DNA of 64,000 nucleotides from Selaginella moellendorffii (Eukaryota; Plantae; Lycopodiophyta): NCBI RefSeq assembly GCF_000143415.4, contig NW_003314319.1, positions 1,082,365 to 1,146,364 of the forward strand, read 5' to 3'. Shown piece by piece: positions 52,379 to 64,000 of this stretch (position 1 is its first letter; each line of letters starts with the position of its first letter). The notes under the pieces were generated by a model. It saw only the letters and a program-made list of their open reading frames with translations, ran no database searches and was not told where the DNA came from. The position numbers and the translations under genes were made by a program.

Positions 52379-53734
52379 AAAAATATTTAATATTAAATTT
52401 TAACTTAATAACAATATATACAAGAATTATATTTATATATCTAATATTGAATGTATATATATAAATTTTTTTAATAAAATCTTTCTCAATTGAAGATATG
52501 CATAATATAAAAAATTAAAAAATAATCTTGAAAGCTTATATTATTAAATGTTTATATTGTTGTGATAACATTTATGATATTTTTAGCATATTTGAGTGGT
52601 TTTTCAACAGTAGAATAAGGAGTTATTACCTATCTTTATAATGTTATAACACAATATATGTTTTCAGTGTTTATGAAATTTCACTAAAGAGTAAAAATTG
52701 ATATATTCTTACTGCTTTTTCTAAATGCCACACCATTAAAACTTCATTGGAGTACCTAAATAAAATTTTATAAACTTTAAATTTATTATATAAAATAAAT
52801 AAATTTATGATATAATTGTTATGTTTACAATTATCTAAAGCAAAAATAAATTATAAAATTTAAATATATATATAAAATTTCCTTTTAAAATGAATATAAT
52901 AGTTAATCCTTGTTCTAACTTTTTAAATTAATTGTAATCTAAAATAGAAAATGAGTAAATATATAGAGTTTCTAGTTTAACAACTACAACAAAGTCAATT
53001 GTCTTAGAAGACAATTGCAATGACATTGTTGTAAACAATAAAGTCAAACTACTTGTTAAATAGGAGGAATCTTTGCATAGGATAAATAAACCTCCTTAAA
53101 TGGTATAATCTAGAAAGAGTTAAGCCATAAAATCTCAAATTCACAAATATTAGAACTAATAACATATACTTGATTAAGGCTTACACCATCTAGAAGTATA
53201 TATATTTATTGGCTCACCCTTCAATAGGACAATGTATTCAATAATTTTGAATGTCAAGAAATTAAGTAAATTTTGTTCAATTGGTAGACTTGCCTACACC
53301 AGTACCCATTGTGGAGTCATTAATGCAAAATTCTATGAGGCTAAAGGTGTTGGTTCTATTCTCATTGAGCTTAACAAATGGCACTATACGCATGTCCCAG
53401 AAATGCAAGAAAATTTGTTATCTATGAAAAGCCTTTTTTATCTTACTCTTCAATTTCCAGAGATCAACACAGTATTACTTTTTATTTTGATGTGGTCAAG
53501 GTGATGCACAGTACTTATTTACAAGTTTGATGCTATTTTAGTGCCTCTCGTATTTATAATTTATAAACATGTTTATAATTTATAAACTTTCTTAAACCTT
53601 TTCTAGTATATTCTTTTTTATTCTACCATCTAATGGTTGATATGCAATAAAATTAATCTTGTATATATAAATTACAAACATGCTTATAATTATAAACTTT
53701 ATTTGATCAATTGGATTAATAAGTAATAATAAAA

Positions 53735-53772
53735 CTAGTATTAAGCAAACCAAGCGTTGCTACATGCAACGC
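53735..53772 (-). mobile_element. Helitron-like 3' terminus
   Basis: The minus strand reads GCGTTGC-ATGTA-GCAACGC hairpin, 15 nt, then CTAG|T. Confidence 0.5.
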
Positions 53773-55433
53773 GTAGCAATTTATTTATACTACTCTTCAA
53801 TTTCCGGAAATCAACACAGTATTACTTTTTATTTTGATGTGGTCAAGGTGATGCACAGTACCTATTTACANNNNNNNNNNNNNNNNNNNNNNNNNNNNNN
53901 NNNNNNNNNNNNNNNNNNNNNNNNNNNNNNNNNNNNNNNNNNNNNNNNNNNNNNNNNNNNNNNNNNNNNNNNNNNNNNNNNNNNNNNNNNNNNNNNNNNN
54001 NNNNNNNNNNNNNNNNNNNNNNNNNNNNNNNNNNNNNNNNNNNNNNNNNNNNNNNNNNNNNNNNNNNNNNNNNNNNNNNNNNNNNNNNNNNNNNNNNNNN
54101 NNNNNNNNNNNNNNNNNNNNNNNNNNNNNNNNNNNNNNNNNNNNNNNNNNNNNNNNNNNNNNNNNNNNNNNNNNNNNNNNNNNNNNNNNNNNNNNNNNNN
54201 NNNNNNNNNNNNNNNNNNNNNNNNNNNNNNNNNNNNNNNNNNNNNNNNNNNNNNNNNNNNNNNNNNNNNNNNNNNNNNNNNNNNNNNNNNNNNNNNNNNT
54301 TGGCGCTTGTCAAAAGCACGCTCCTGCGGCTCTCACTAGCAATAATCAAGAGGTACGAGAGATTTAGTTCTCCTGTGGCAGATCAACTCACCATGGAAGT
54401 CTGGCTAGTAAATATCCTTGATGCGTCTCAAGAATCGGGGTGATTTTTGGGTGCTAAAATCGGGAGGAGTATCAAGCTCGGGCAGGACGGCAGTCTCTCC
54501 GAGAAAAAGCGGGCTTGTTTGATTCCCCCAAACCCACCAGGCACATGGAGAACTTCGTCCACTTGAGCTGCCTGAGGATGGAATTGCCTGTTCGTGACAG
54601 GAATGGATGGTGAATGTGTGGCGTCGATGCTCCAAGCACAGCCCTGAACCTGGAAAGATCACACCGAAAGCTTACAAAGTCTACTTCTCTGGAAGTTCAT
54701 ACCTCTCAACCTTGGTCCCTGAAAACGTATCCCGCCGCCAGGGCGCCAAACACAAGGTCAGCGTCGAGAAAGCTACACTGCGAGGAGGAGGAGGAGCGAC
54801 AGGAGGAGCGCCTGCGATCGATCATGTCTTGTCAATGGAATCAGACGAGACAAGAGAATCAGCTGCCAGGGCTGGAGCCGCCGCTGCGCCGATAGGCCAG
54901 GAAATGGATTATCACAGCCGCCGCAGTCTCCAGCTTGCCCACGTCAATCTGCGCAACTCCAGCGTCGCGATGCCAGAGCATCCGCATTGATGATCGACGA
55001 TGATTCAGTATTTGGTATTTACAAATATCGGGAAGAGAATCGAACCCGAAACGTTTGTTTTGGAAGACCGATGTCCTAAATGACTGGTCTAAGCTGTTTT
55101 TGTGAGCCGGCGAACCAGAATAATGGCTCCTTATTTAGCAAAATTTTTGCATAAAAGTCCTTGTTGAGTGGACCCTTCGGCATCGAACCCGGGTCTTCTA
55201 CAACGGTTTACCTCTACACTTACCTGATAGCCATCATCTCGGCAACCGGGTTCCCGTATTAAAAAAATCATACCATGTACTTGAACCATATGACAGGGGT
55301 CTTTGCGAAATCCATGGCGTTTTTGTTAGATCGCCCACCAGACGAGATTATCCCCCGCATTCGTGCTGCTCGGCGTTTCGTCCTTGGCAAAGCCCCCTCT
55401 TGGGTTGTGAATCGATCATCGTGGTAATGGATC

Positions 55434-55970
55434 GTCAAGAGTTATGGCCTGGGTTGCAATAGAAACTCGCAGAGCAATCTCCACAGCCACAGGAGCTTTG
55501 CGATCTTCTGCTGGTGTGAATCTCATCAGTCCCAAAACTCCACGTTTCGGCAATCCAACGAAACCTGTAGCGTGTGGCCATTCAAACGAACATACCTCGG
55601 TATCATCCTCGCCTGCCTCGATGCCTGGAGAGTAACAGTCCCAGGAAGAACCATCATTTGCCCGAAACGAAATCACGATGGATCCCCTTGCATTCCCGCT
55701 GCCAGCCAAGTACCAGCTTGTGTAGAACTGAGCCCGAGCCGGAGACCAATCCACCGGGGCTGTCCAAGTGATGCCGAGATCAAGCTCGCTGTGTGTGCCA
55801 GCAAAAGAGAGCCTGAGGAGGACGCGAACACCCGACTTGGAGCAGGGCTGAGACTGAAAACACGACTGTCCGCGAAGTTGATGCCTGTTTCTTCGCTGAG
55901 ATCTCCAGCCAAGTGCTTCGCCAAGCTCTCCTCCAGCTCCAGATAGACACTACTTGTAGTTGCAAGCGGG
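55434..55970 (-). pseudogene. PIG-T: PIG-T/GPI16 fragment, cassette A copy 4
   Basis: Near-identical to 111-647. Confidence 0.87.
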
Positions 55971-57965
55971 CTTGGCGGCGAGCTGCGCGATCGGATCGGC
56001 CACGCCCCAGCGCTCGTTGTTCCATCGCCCTTGCCATTTCTTTGATTCGAAACTTCCGGACCTGTTCCAAGCGATTCTTTCATCATCGTTTCGGGATTTG
56101 AGGACTTACGAGCTGGAAGATCGACAAAAGAAAGGGCAAAAGGAGGATAGGGTTCGATTTTACCTCTCAAAAGCCTCGACCACTGAGAAACGTACTTGGA
56201 GTAAGAGTTCGCACCCTTGGAGGCATGGAGGGCAATGAGATCACTCTTCTGAAGGCCATGGGTGTTTGCACTGTGCTGGGAGATTCTCTCCAAGGGCAAG
56301 TAAATCTGTGCTTGAATTCTTTCTAGTAGTTGAGTTTATATGTATGGAAAGTGTGGGCTCATTGAGATGCATTTGATTGAGCGGGATGAAACACGATGAT
56401 CACTGTCTATGTGTCGCATGAGTGTGGTAAGCAAGCAATCCACCTCTATGCATACTTGTGTCTGGAAGGGTTCTTATTAGTTGAGCAATAGTCTTGAAGT
56501 GCAATTATGTTTTAGTGGAGTTTTGAGCCTTGGACGATTGTCATTTAGCACATATACTTGGCATGGAAAGTTGCAATATACATTTCTGATAGAGCAAAAT
56601 GCAGGCCTAAGGTAAAAAAAGATCACCTTCTCATGGCTTTAGATGCTTGTTTTTCTCTTGAAGTTCTTTGAACTGATAATCACAGTTGGTTATGGGTTGG
56701 ATTTTTCTCTTTAAGTGGAAAATTTATGGAAAATGCAGGGATGCATACAATGTGTTTGACAACATGTGCTATAAAATAAAGGTGATCATTTGAATTGTCA
56801 TGGTTACTGGACATGCTCAATGTGAACATTATTTACAGCAAGGTGAAGGAAAATAAAGGAATGAATTGCATAGTCTATGCAAAAATTTCATAATGAATTG
56901 ATTCAAGTCTTTTAACCACAAAAGAGATCAGAACCTCTTGGTAAAATTGATAGTAGCCTGAAAAGATATTACTAAATAATAAGAAAATTTATTATAACTA
57001 GGAATGCCCTTAGTGAAGTTGGGAATTTTGCTTACCATTCTCATATATTTAAAGCCAAAGAGCCCATTAGCAAATAAGTTTTGAATTTTCTTACAATGCC
57101 CTAACACTAAATGCAATGTGATTTTAGCCCTCTTAACACACACATTTTTTCTGTTTTTGNNNNNNNNNNNNNNNNNNNNNNNNNNNNNNNNNNNNNNNNN
57201 NNNNNNNNNNNNNNNNNNNNNNNNNNNNNNNNNNNNNNNNNNNNNNNNNNNNNNNNNNNNNNNNNNNNNNNNNNNNNNNNNNNNNNNNNNNNNNNNNNNN
57301 NNNNNNNNNNNNNNNNNNNNNNNNNNNNNNNNNNNNNNNNNNNNNNNNNNNNNNNNNNNNNNNNNNNNNNNNNNNNNNNNNNNNNNNNNNNNNNNNNNNN
57401 NNNNNNNNNNNNNNNNNNNNNNNNNNNNNNNNNNNNNNNNNNNNNNNNNNNNNNNNNNNNNNNNNNNNNNNNNNNNNNNNNNNNNNNNNNNNNNNNNNNN
57501 NNNNNNNNNNNNNNNNNNNNNNNNNNNNNNNNNNNNNNNNNNNNNNNNNNNNNNNNNNNNNNNNNNNNNNNNNNNNNNNNNNNNNNNNNNNNNNNNNNNN
57601 NNNNNNNNNNNNNNNNNNNNNNNNNNNNNNNNNNNNNNNNNNNNNNNNNNNNNNNNNNNNNNNNNNNNNNNNNNNNNNNNNNNNNNNNNNNNNNNNNNNN
57701 NNNNNNNNNNNNNNNNNNNNNNNNNNNNNNNNNNNNNNNNNNNNNNNNNNNNNNNNNNNNNNNNNNNNNNNNNNNNNNNNNNNNNNNNNNNNNNNNNNNN
57801 NNNNNNNNNNNNNNNNNNNNNNNNNNNNNNNNNNNNNNNNNNNNNNNNNNNNNNNNNNNNNNNNNNNNNNNNNNNNNNNNNNNNNNNNNNNNNNNNNNNN
57901 NNNNNNNNNNNNNNNNNNNNNNNNNNNNNNNNNNNNNNNNNNNNNNNNNNNNNNNNNNNNNNNNN

Positions 57966-58179
57966 GCAGGGAAGCGTGGTGGATTGTAAGCAACCAAAGA
58001 GAACGACTCGAAAGACGATCCATAGGGGTTCAAATATAGAGGGAAAGGGCTCATGAACAAGAGTGCACCCCCTTTTCCAATCGGTCAAGGGTCTTGGGAT
58101 AGTTGGAGTTAAGCGTCCTTGGGTTTGAATAGTACTGGGCTGGATGACCTCCCGAGAAGTCCAAACTCAGGACCTTACA
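57966..58179 (+). mobile_element. Young TRIM family 2 LTR (5' part in gap) inserted in an older copy of the same LTR
   Basis: Closely matches 51680-51891 and ends TTACA. Absent at the equivalent sites near 23152 and 27318. Confidence 0.78.
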
Positions 58180-58837
58180 GAAGTATAGTAAATTATAAGT
58201 AATTAAAAAGAATGAATTGAGAGACAATCTATAGTTCAAATATAGAGGGAAATAACAAAAGTACACCCTTTTTTCCAATTAGTTTGGGTTAAAACGTGTT
58301 AGGTTTGAGTATTGGGATATTTGGGGGTTAAGTCTCCTTATGTTTGAGTAATACTGGGCTGGGTGGCCTCTCAAAAAATCTAAATTCAAGAAATGGTATA
58401 TTTCTCACTCATCTATATAGCATGATTTTAAATTTAGTTCTCTTAAATATATTGAGCATAACAATTTTAGATCTGATTCTCTTAAATACATTGACCATGA
58501 CACAATTGAGAAATGAAACTATGGTTATTTCCTCCTACTACATTAGCACAAAATTATTTTTCTTTTTATAAAGCTTTGTGATTTTTTTTCAATTTATCAA
58601 TACTCTAGATTTTAGATGTGATTCTGAGGAAAAGGAGAAAGCCATCCTTTGAGGGAGGACAAAAATTTGGCACTTCTTTATATTAAATATCTATAAATCC
58701 ATTTAGTAAATTCTTATGAAATATGATTGTCTAACAACCTTTTTATTTATAATTTCTAATATATGAGAGACATTGTAATTTGAATTTCTATAATAAATCC
58801 ACTAAAAACTATTAGTGAAATATAACTTTATATAAAT

Positions 58838-59467
58838 TCCTGAGTTTGGAGTTTTTAAGAGGTCACCCAACTCAGTATTATTTAAACCCATGGATATTTC
58901 ACTTTAAATATCCTAAGATATTGGGAAACGAGGTGCATTTTTATTCATAAGCCCTTTCCTCTTATATTTATACCCCATGGATCATCTTTGAAGTTGTTTT
59001 CTTTAGTTAGTTATAATTCATTACACTTCTTTGCAAATCACGCCCTTGTAAATGGAAGTTAAGAGCCATAGCTCTCTTGAGAGCCTAGCTCTTTTGACAC
59101 CTTATCTCTCGAGTTAAGCCCAACCAGAGGCAAACTAAACCTTCCAATGTCAATCGCAATATATGGCATGATTTTTTAACTAATCAATAATGTCAGATCC
59201 AAGAACTTTTGAATACCATGAACTCCTAAATTCGAACTTCCTAAGAGGTTATTTAACCTAGTACTATTTAAACCCATAGATGCTTAATCACAAATATCCC
59301 AAAACCTTTTATAACAAAAGGTCTTCTATTATTCTCTCTGTGTCAGTTGATATATGTTCAAGTTTATCTGAAAAAGGGATGCACTCTGATATATAAGCCT
59401 TTTCCCTTTATATTTAAACTCTATGAATTGGCTTTCAAGTTGTTTTCTTTAGTTGTTTACACTCTAC
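58838..59467 (-). mobile_element. Old degenerate TRIM family 2 (LTR-interior-LTR); partial duplicate at 25331-25680; other LTR relics at 23080-23370 and 27099-27390
   Basis: Colinear similarity to 3741-4155, including ctcttttgacacc and the PBS relic gaatacca. Confidence 0.62.
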
Positions 59468-60250
59468 TATGAGACATAAAATCCCTAGGCCCCAAAGTGG
59501 AGTCGAAAGGGTGCCACGTGGTAGTAGCCAAAGTGAAAGCTAAATGAGCATAACTCGTTTGGACTAAAAGCTCTAACTTGAAAAGTCGAGAGGGGGAGTG
59601 GAACTCCAATGAAGGGCTCAAGGAACAAGCATGAAGCGAGCCATGAATGAGTCTCTAAAAAAGGGGACACAAGAGGACTCGAGATGGACCTGAGATGGAG
59701 TTCAAGATGGAGTCCGAAATGGACCCGAAATGGACCTAAGATGGAATCTGAGATGGAGTTTGAGATGGACCCGAGATAGACTCGAGATGGAGTCTGAGAT
59801 GGACCAGATATGGACCTGAGATGGAGTCCGAGATGGACTTGAGATGGACCCAAGATGGATTCCAAGATGGAGTTTGTGATGGACTTGAGATGGACTTGAG
59901 ATGGAGTCCGAGATGGACCCGAGATGGACCTGAGATGGAGTCCAAGATGGAGTCCGAGATGGACCCGAGATGGAGTCCGAGATGGATCCGAGATGGACCC
60001 GAGATGGAGTCTGAGATGGAGTCCGAGATGGACCTAAGATGGACCCGACATGGAGTCCGAGATGGAGTCTGAGATGGATCAGAGATGGACCTGAGATGGA
60101 GTCCGAGATGGACCCGAGATGGAGTCTGAGATGGAGTCCAAGATGGAGTCTGAGATGAACTTGAGATGGACTTGAGATGTAGTCCGAGATGGACCCAAGA
60201 TGGACCTGAGATGGAGTTCGAGATGGAGTCTGAGCTGGACCCGAGATGGA
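59468..60250 (+). mobile_element. 5' part of a family C LTR with an expanded 12-bp array (59680-60250)
   Basis: Starts tatgagacataaaatccctagg and carries a long ATGGAGTCCGAG/ATGGACCCGAG array that is cut abruptly by the next LTR. Confidence 0.75.
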
Positions 60251-61883
60251 TGTAAGAGACTAATTTTTCCCTTCTACTTTAGTCACTTAACCCCACCTTC
60301 GACCACTTGGAGGAGTCTCATTCACAACCTCCATAAGTCCCATTCAAGACTTGGGGCTTGCTAGCCCCAAGAATGGCATCCATGCCACTCAACCTTAGCA
60401 CTTGGTCCAGGTGCTCCACGTGTCCGATCCTATGATCGACACCCCAAGGTACCATTGACGTATCGGCCCGTTACGCTAAGGCCATGCCCATTTACCTTGG
60501 TCACATCGGTGGTCCAACTCCATCTGCATTCCAATCCTGTCTCTCAAAGACTGGGTCATCCGTCCATGAGTGATCATCCCAGATCCACTCCTTAACATCC
60601 TTAGGATGCCTACAGACATGGGGAATAGCCTTCCCCAATATCTCTGTTCCGGTCCTCACCAAGTCCCTTTTTGTCCTTGGCTGTGTTCGCCAACACCACC
60701 ACTGGATCAAGGCCCACCGGCCCGACCACTAAGTCCCACTATCCTCTAGGACTTCCTCACCGTGTGACTGTGTCCTTGGTCACCACACCAAAGGGCTACT
60801 CCTCTTCCTTTCCATAGTTTGGGACTTTGGGACACCATTTCAGAACACTGTGGCCCTACGCGGGCCTCATGGGTACTCTCCCCGCCTTCTGCTTTTGGGT
60901 GCTCTAGCCATGGGCTTAGAGCGAGGTTCCGTTGAGCCACGCCTGGTATCCAAGTAGGTAGTGCCACCCACACTTGGACTGGGAGCATCGACCATTCGAT
61001 CTCCCGGGGGAACTGGAGCCGGCTCTTGAACACTTCACCAAGCTACCCCGCTTGTCGGTCCATATTCACTCTAGTCTTGGACTTCCCAGTGGTCAGTTCA
61101 TCACCCAACACTGGGTATGGTCTTCCCAGACCAAACTGGCCTTTCTTGGGCCCAACTGGCCTTTCCTGGCCAAACTGGCTCCACTGGGCTCCAAGCCCTA
61201 CACTCTCCCTACTATACTTTTGGAACCCCCCGCAGGCCCCCCCCCCCCCGGGGGGACAATCGCTTTGGGCTTTCACCCAACTGCCTGTATTAGTATTCGG
61301 ACTTGGACTCGGACTCGGTCGCGGTCCCGGTTTCGGACTCGAACTTAGTCTCAGTCTCGGTCTCGGTCCCAGTTCCATCTCGGACTCCATCTCGGGTCCA
61401 TCTCGGGTCCATCTCGGACTCCATCTCAGGTCCATTTCGGACTCCATCTCGGGTCCATCTCGGGTCCATCTTGGACTCCATCTCGGATCCATCTCGAATC
61501 CATCTCGGACTCCATCTCGGACTCCATCTCGGACTCCATCTCGGGTCCTTCTTGGACTCCACTTTGGACTCCACTTCGGACTCCAACTCGGGTCCATCTC
61601 GGACTCCACTTCGGACTCCACTTCGGACCCCAACTTGGGTCCATCTCGGACACTTCCACGTGTCATGTGTTGGTCCTTTTTGGGTCCCTTTTTGGAGCCT
61701 CGCTTATTGCTTGCTTCGTGCTCATTCCTCGAGCACTTGGTTGGGAGTTCCACTCCCGCTCTTAACATTTCAAGTCGGAGCTTTTGGTACAAATGTGTTA
61801 CGCTTGTTTTGCTCTCGCTTCGGCCACTACCACGTGGCACCCTTCTGGCTCCACTTTGGGGCCTAGGGATTTTGTGTCTCACA
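60251..61883 (-). mobile_element. Full-length family C LTR (1633 bp), 3' LTR of a minus-strand element
   Basis: TGTGAGA...CTTACA termini on the minus strand. PPT GGGTGGTGGAGT is immediately upstream (61895-61884). 11/12-bp array at about 61370-61650. Confidence 0.82.
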
Positions 61884-62124
61884 ACTCCACCACCCATAGA
61901 CGAAGTTTGATGTCCTCATCGAATGGTAAACCATTTTGTAAAGTAACACTCGCATGTGTTACCATTTCCATCCTTGGCACTCAGCCAATATTTGTCTATG
62001 GTTTGACATTGAAGGCTCACCATGCCTTATCCATCCTCTAAGGAGTATATGTAAGGAACCAACTCGCCAAGGTGTCGTAGGCTAAAGGAACCCCGAAAGC
62101 ATGACCAAAATGATAAAGAGTTCA

Positions 62125-63250
62125 TCGGATGGGACCGAGTCTGAGATCGAGTCCAAGACCGACTTTGAGATCGAGTTCGAGATAGAGTCCGGAATCGAGC
62201 CCGAGGCCGACTCGGAGACCGAGTTCGAGACGGAGTCCGAGATCCGAAATCGGGTCCGAGACCGAGTCCGAGGTCGAGTCCGAGGTCGGGTCCAAGATCG
62301 GGTCCAAGATCGAGTCCGAGATCAAGTCCGAGACCGAATCCGAAGTCGGATCCGAGATCAAGTCCGAGATCGAGCCAGAAACTAAGTCCGAGTACTAATA
62401 CGGGTCAAGGGGTGAAAGCCCAAAGCGTGTGTTTCCCGGGCGGGGGGGGGGGGGGGGGGGGGGGTTCCAAAAGTATAGTAGGGATAGTGAGGTCCAGGAA
62501 GTAGGAACCAATTTTGAGGGAACTCTCCAGTGGGGCTTCCAAACTGACTTGAGGTTGGGACTGGGACCGAGGGGCATTGGGTGGGAGTGAGCATGGACTT
62601 GGTTGGTGCCGGAGGGGCCATCCAAGGAAGTGCTTAAGAGCAGCTCCCACTCCTAAAAGGGAAACCGATTGCGGTGCTCCCGGCTCAGGTGGAGTGGTGC
62701 CCCACTTGAGTACCATGTGGCTCATTGGTCCTTGCCCTTCCTATGGGCTTGGGCCTTCCTTCGGGATGGAAGTGGGGGGGTAGAGGTACCCATACGGGGC
62801 CGTTAGGCCACAGTGTTTTGCCCTGGCGTCCCGAAGCAAGTGTTGCACCCAAGACTTGGGATTTAGAGGGTCCCATGATCAAGTTTTGTGGTACCAAGGG
62901 ATGTTATGGGAGATGGCAAAGGCGGGGCATAAACGAACCAAGGCGGAGACGGAAACTCTGCCAGAGCTGGAGCCTTCGGTTGACAAAAGGCTATGGATGA
63001 GGAATCCTTGCATGAGGAGGACTCCAGTGAGGAAACTTCCAAATAGGAATCCGGTGGCGAGGTGCGGTCGTCCAAGGCTCGATTGATGTTCTAGAAGGAC
63101 AATTGGCACAGACCAATGCCCTGCTAGAGACTCTCGTACGCAAGCTAAAGCATGACGAGAAGCGGAAGAAAAAGCGAAAGACTGCGGATGCTGGCAGCGC
63201 AGAAGGTGCGGACCCTTCGGTAGGGACTGAGGCAGAACCAAACAAGGTTG
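62125..63250 (+). mobile_element. Diverged family C-related LTR portion followed by a possible gag N-terminus
   Basis: GTCCGA-type repeats, then the shared blocks tactaatac...gggtgaaagcccaaagcg, poly-G and ttccaaaagtatagtaggga. The downstream GC-rich coiled-coil-like frame (EGQLAQTNALLETLVRKLK) is not positively identified. Confidence 0.45.
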
Positions 63251-63721
63251 AACAGACCGAAGTGGAATTAGTCCCTCAAAAGCTCTATTTCGTTAAAGTG
63301 GGAATTGTCATTATCCCACTTGTAAAATAAGGTTTCCAAACCTTTATATAGTATATAAATATAACAAAATTCAACTGCATTGAGGCACATGCCATTTTGT
63401 TTTAAATAAGGAAATGTCTACTCAATCACTTCTCCTCCCCCTGCCACTGCTTCACCTCTCTCTTCTCCTTGTCATCGTCGTCCAATTTCTTTCCATCCTT
63501 TTAATATTGGCTCAGTTGCTCCGAGTCTAGGTGGAGCCCAAGTCCCCATTCAATCTTTACTTTCCCCTTATTAATAAAACAACTTTGTAGACTTCCAATA
63601 ACATGCTGTAACACTTCTAGTATAATGCAAATCCTCTCAAAGAATTGTCTTTTAATATTAATACAATGGCATGGAACCCCATGCCATAATAAGTTACATT
63701 TTTAAATAAATACATGCCATC

Positions 63722-64000
63722 TCAGACTGTTATTTTTTGCCTCCAACGCCTATACAATAATCTTGGAATTTCATCACTCTCCACACTATCAGGATTTAAA
63801 CCCAATAGTAATGCCATCTCTTCTCTAATACGTCCATGCTCATGTTCAGTGGTCGAAGAACCCATCCAGTTGAGCAGATTATGGAGATGCGGATAGTGCT
63901 TGGCTAGACAATATACATGCCATAAATGATGACTGGTGTCTGTCCAATCAAATGGCTTCTGATATACCATTCCATCTGCCATTTGGTTGATTTCTGCAGC
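63722..64000 (-). CDS. Possible exon of an unidentified gene running off the window end
   Basis: Non-repetitive 86-aa protein-like ORF with no recognised motif. Confidence 0.25.
   Translation of the reverse strand, partial: AAEINQMADGMVYQKPFDWTDTSHHLWHVYCLAKHYPHLHNLLNWMGSSTTEHEHGRIREEMALLLGLNPDSVESDEIPRLLYRRWRQKITV

Larger units (their letters stand above)
27099..53549. repeat. Right arm of giant inverted duplication (contains the 5.1-kb insertion 28266-33356)
   Basis: Reverse complement of 2083-23370 with scattered substitutions, small indels, one extra 96-bp repeat unit and the LTR insertion. It starts at gaatttagatttttt (27099), and strict mirroring breaks after ...gtgcctctc (53549). Confidence 0.96.
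53788..58627 (-). repeat. Cassette A copy 4 plus flank (spans two N-gaps)
   Basis: Direct repeat of 19460-23610. The ORF offset is 34415 for 19990 vs 54405, and 58344..58571 matches 23327..23554. Confidence 0.88.

Noticed and set aside
54300-54335. Divergent sequence at the start of cassette A copy 4
   Set aside because: It is adjacent to an N-gap and most likely a low-quality read end.
56928-58088. Long ORFs of 292-386 aa (also 53764-54349 and 29444-29704)
   Set aside because: They are open only because they run through N-gaps.
61026-61910. Overlapping 284-294 aa ORFs on both strands, and similar ORFs at 13687-14051, 23696-23999, 59485-60072 and 62101-62385
   Set aside because: They are by-products of stop-poor 6/12-bp tandem repeats inside LTRs and have low-complexity translations.

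Overview
Eukaryotic, plant-type repeat-rich DNA with no intact host gene I can support. The 50-70 nt GT-AG introns and Ty3/gypsy elements suggest a non-seed plant such as a lycophyte (inference). Four N-gaps are present. The window is dominated by a giant inverted duplication: about 2083-23370 is mirrored by 27099-53549 around a 3.7-kb gap-free spacer. Each arm is itself bounded by inverted copies of a 2.2-3.9 kb cassette 'A' (4 copies in all), giving A>-X-<A / A>-X(inverted)-<A. Cassette A is a mosaic of a PIG-T/GPI16 gene fragment, two tRNA-like A/B-box units and another spliced fragment. X holds a decayed gypsy element with a nested TRIM, a longer intron-containing PIG-T pseudogene fragment, an LTR with a 12-bp minisatellite, and a decayed spliced gene with a ParB/Srx-like motif and an exon built from 96-bp hairpin repeats. 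The most striking element is a 5.1-kb insertion found only in the right arm (28266-33356). It is a complete 393-bp TRIM fused to a 5'-truncated gypsy, so it has two different LTRs, yet it sits inside one perfect ATTTT target-site duplication. All similarities were judged by eye; no database searches were run.
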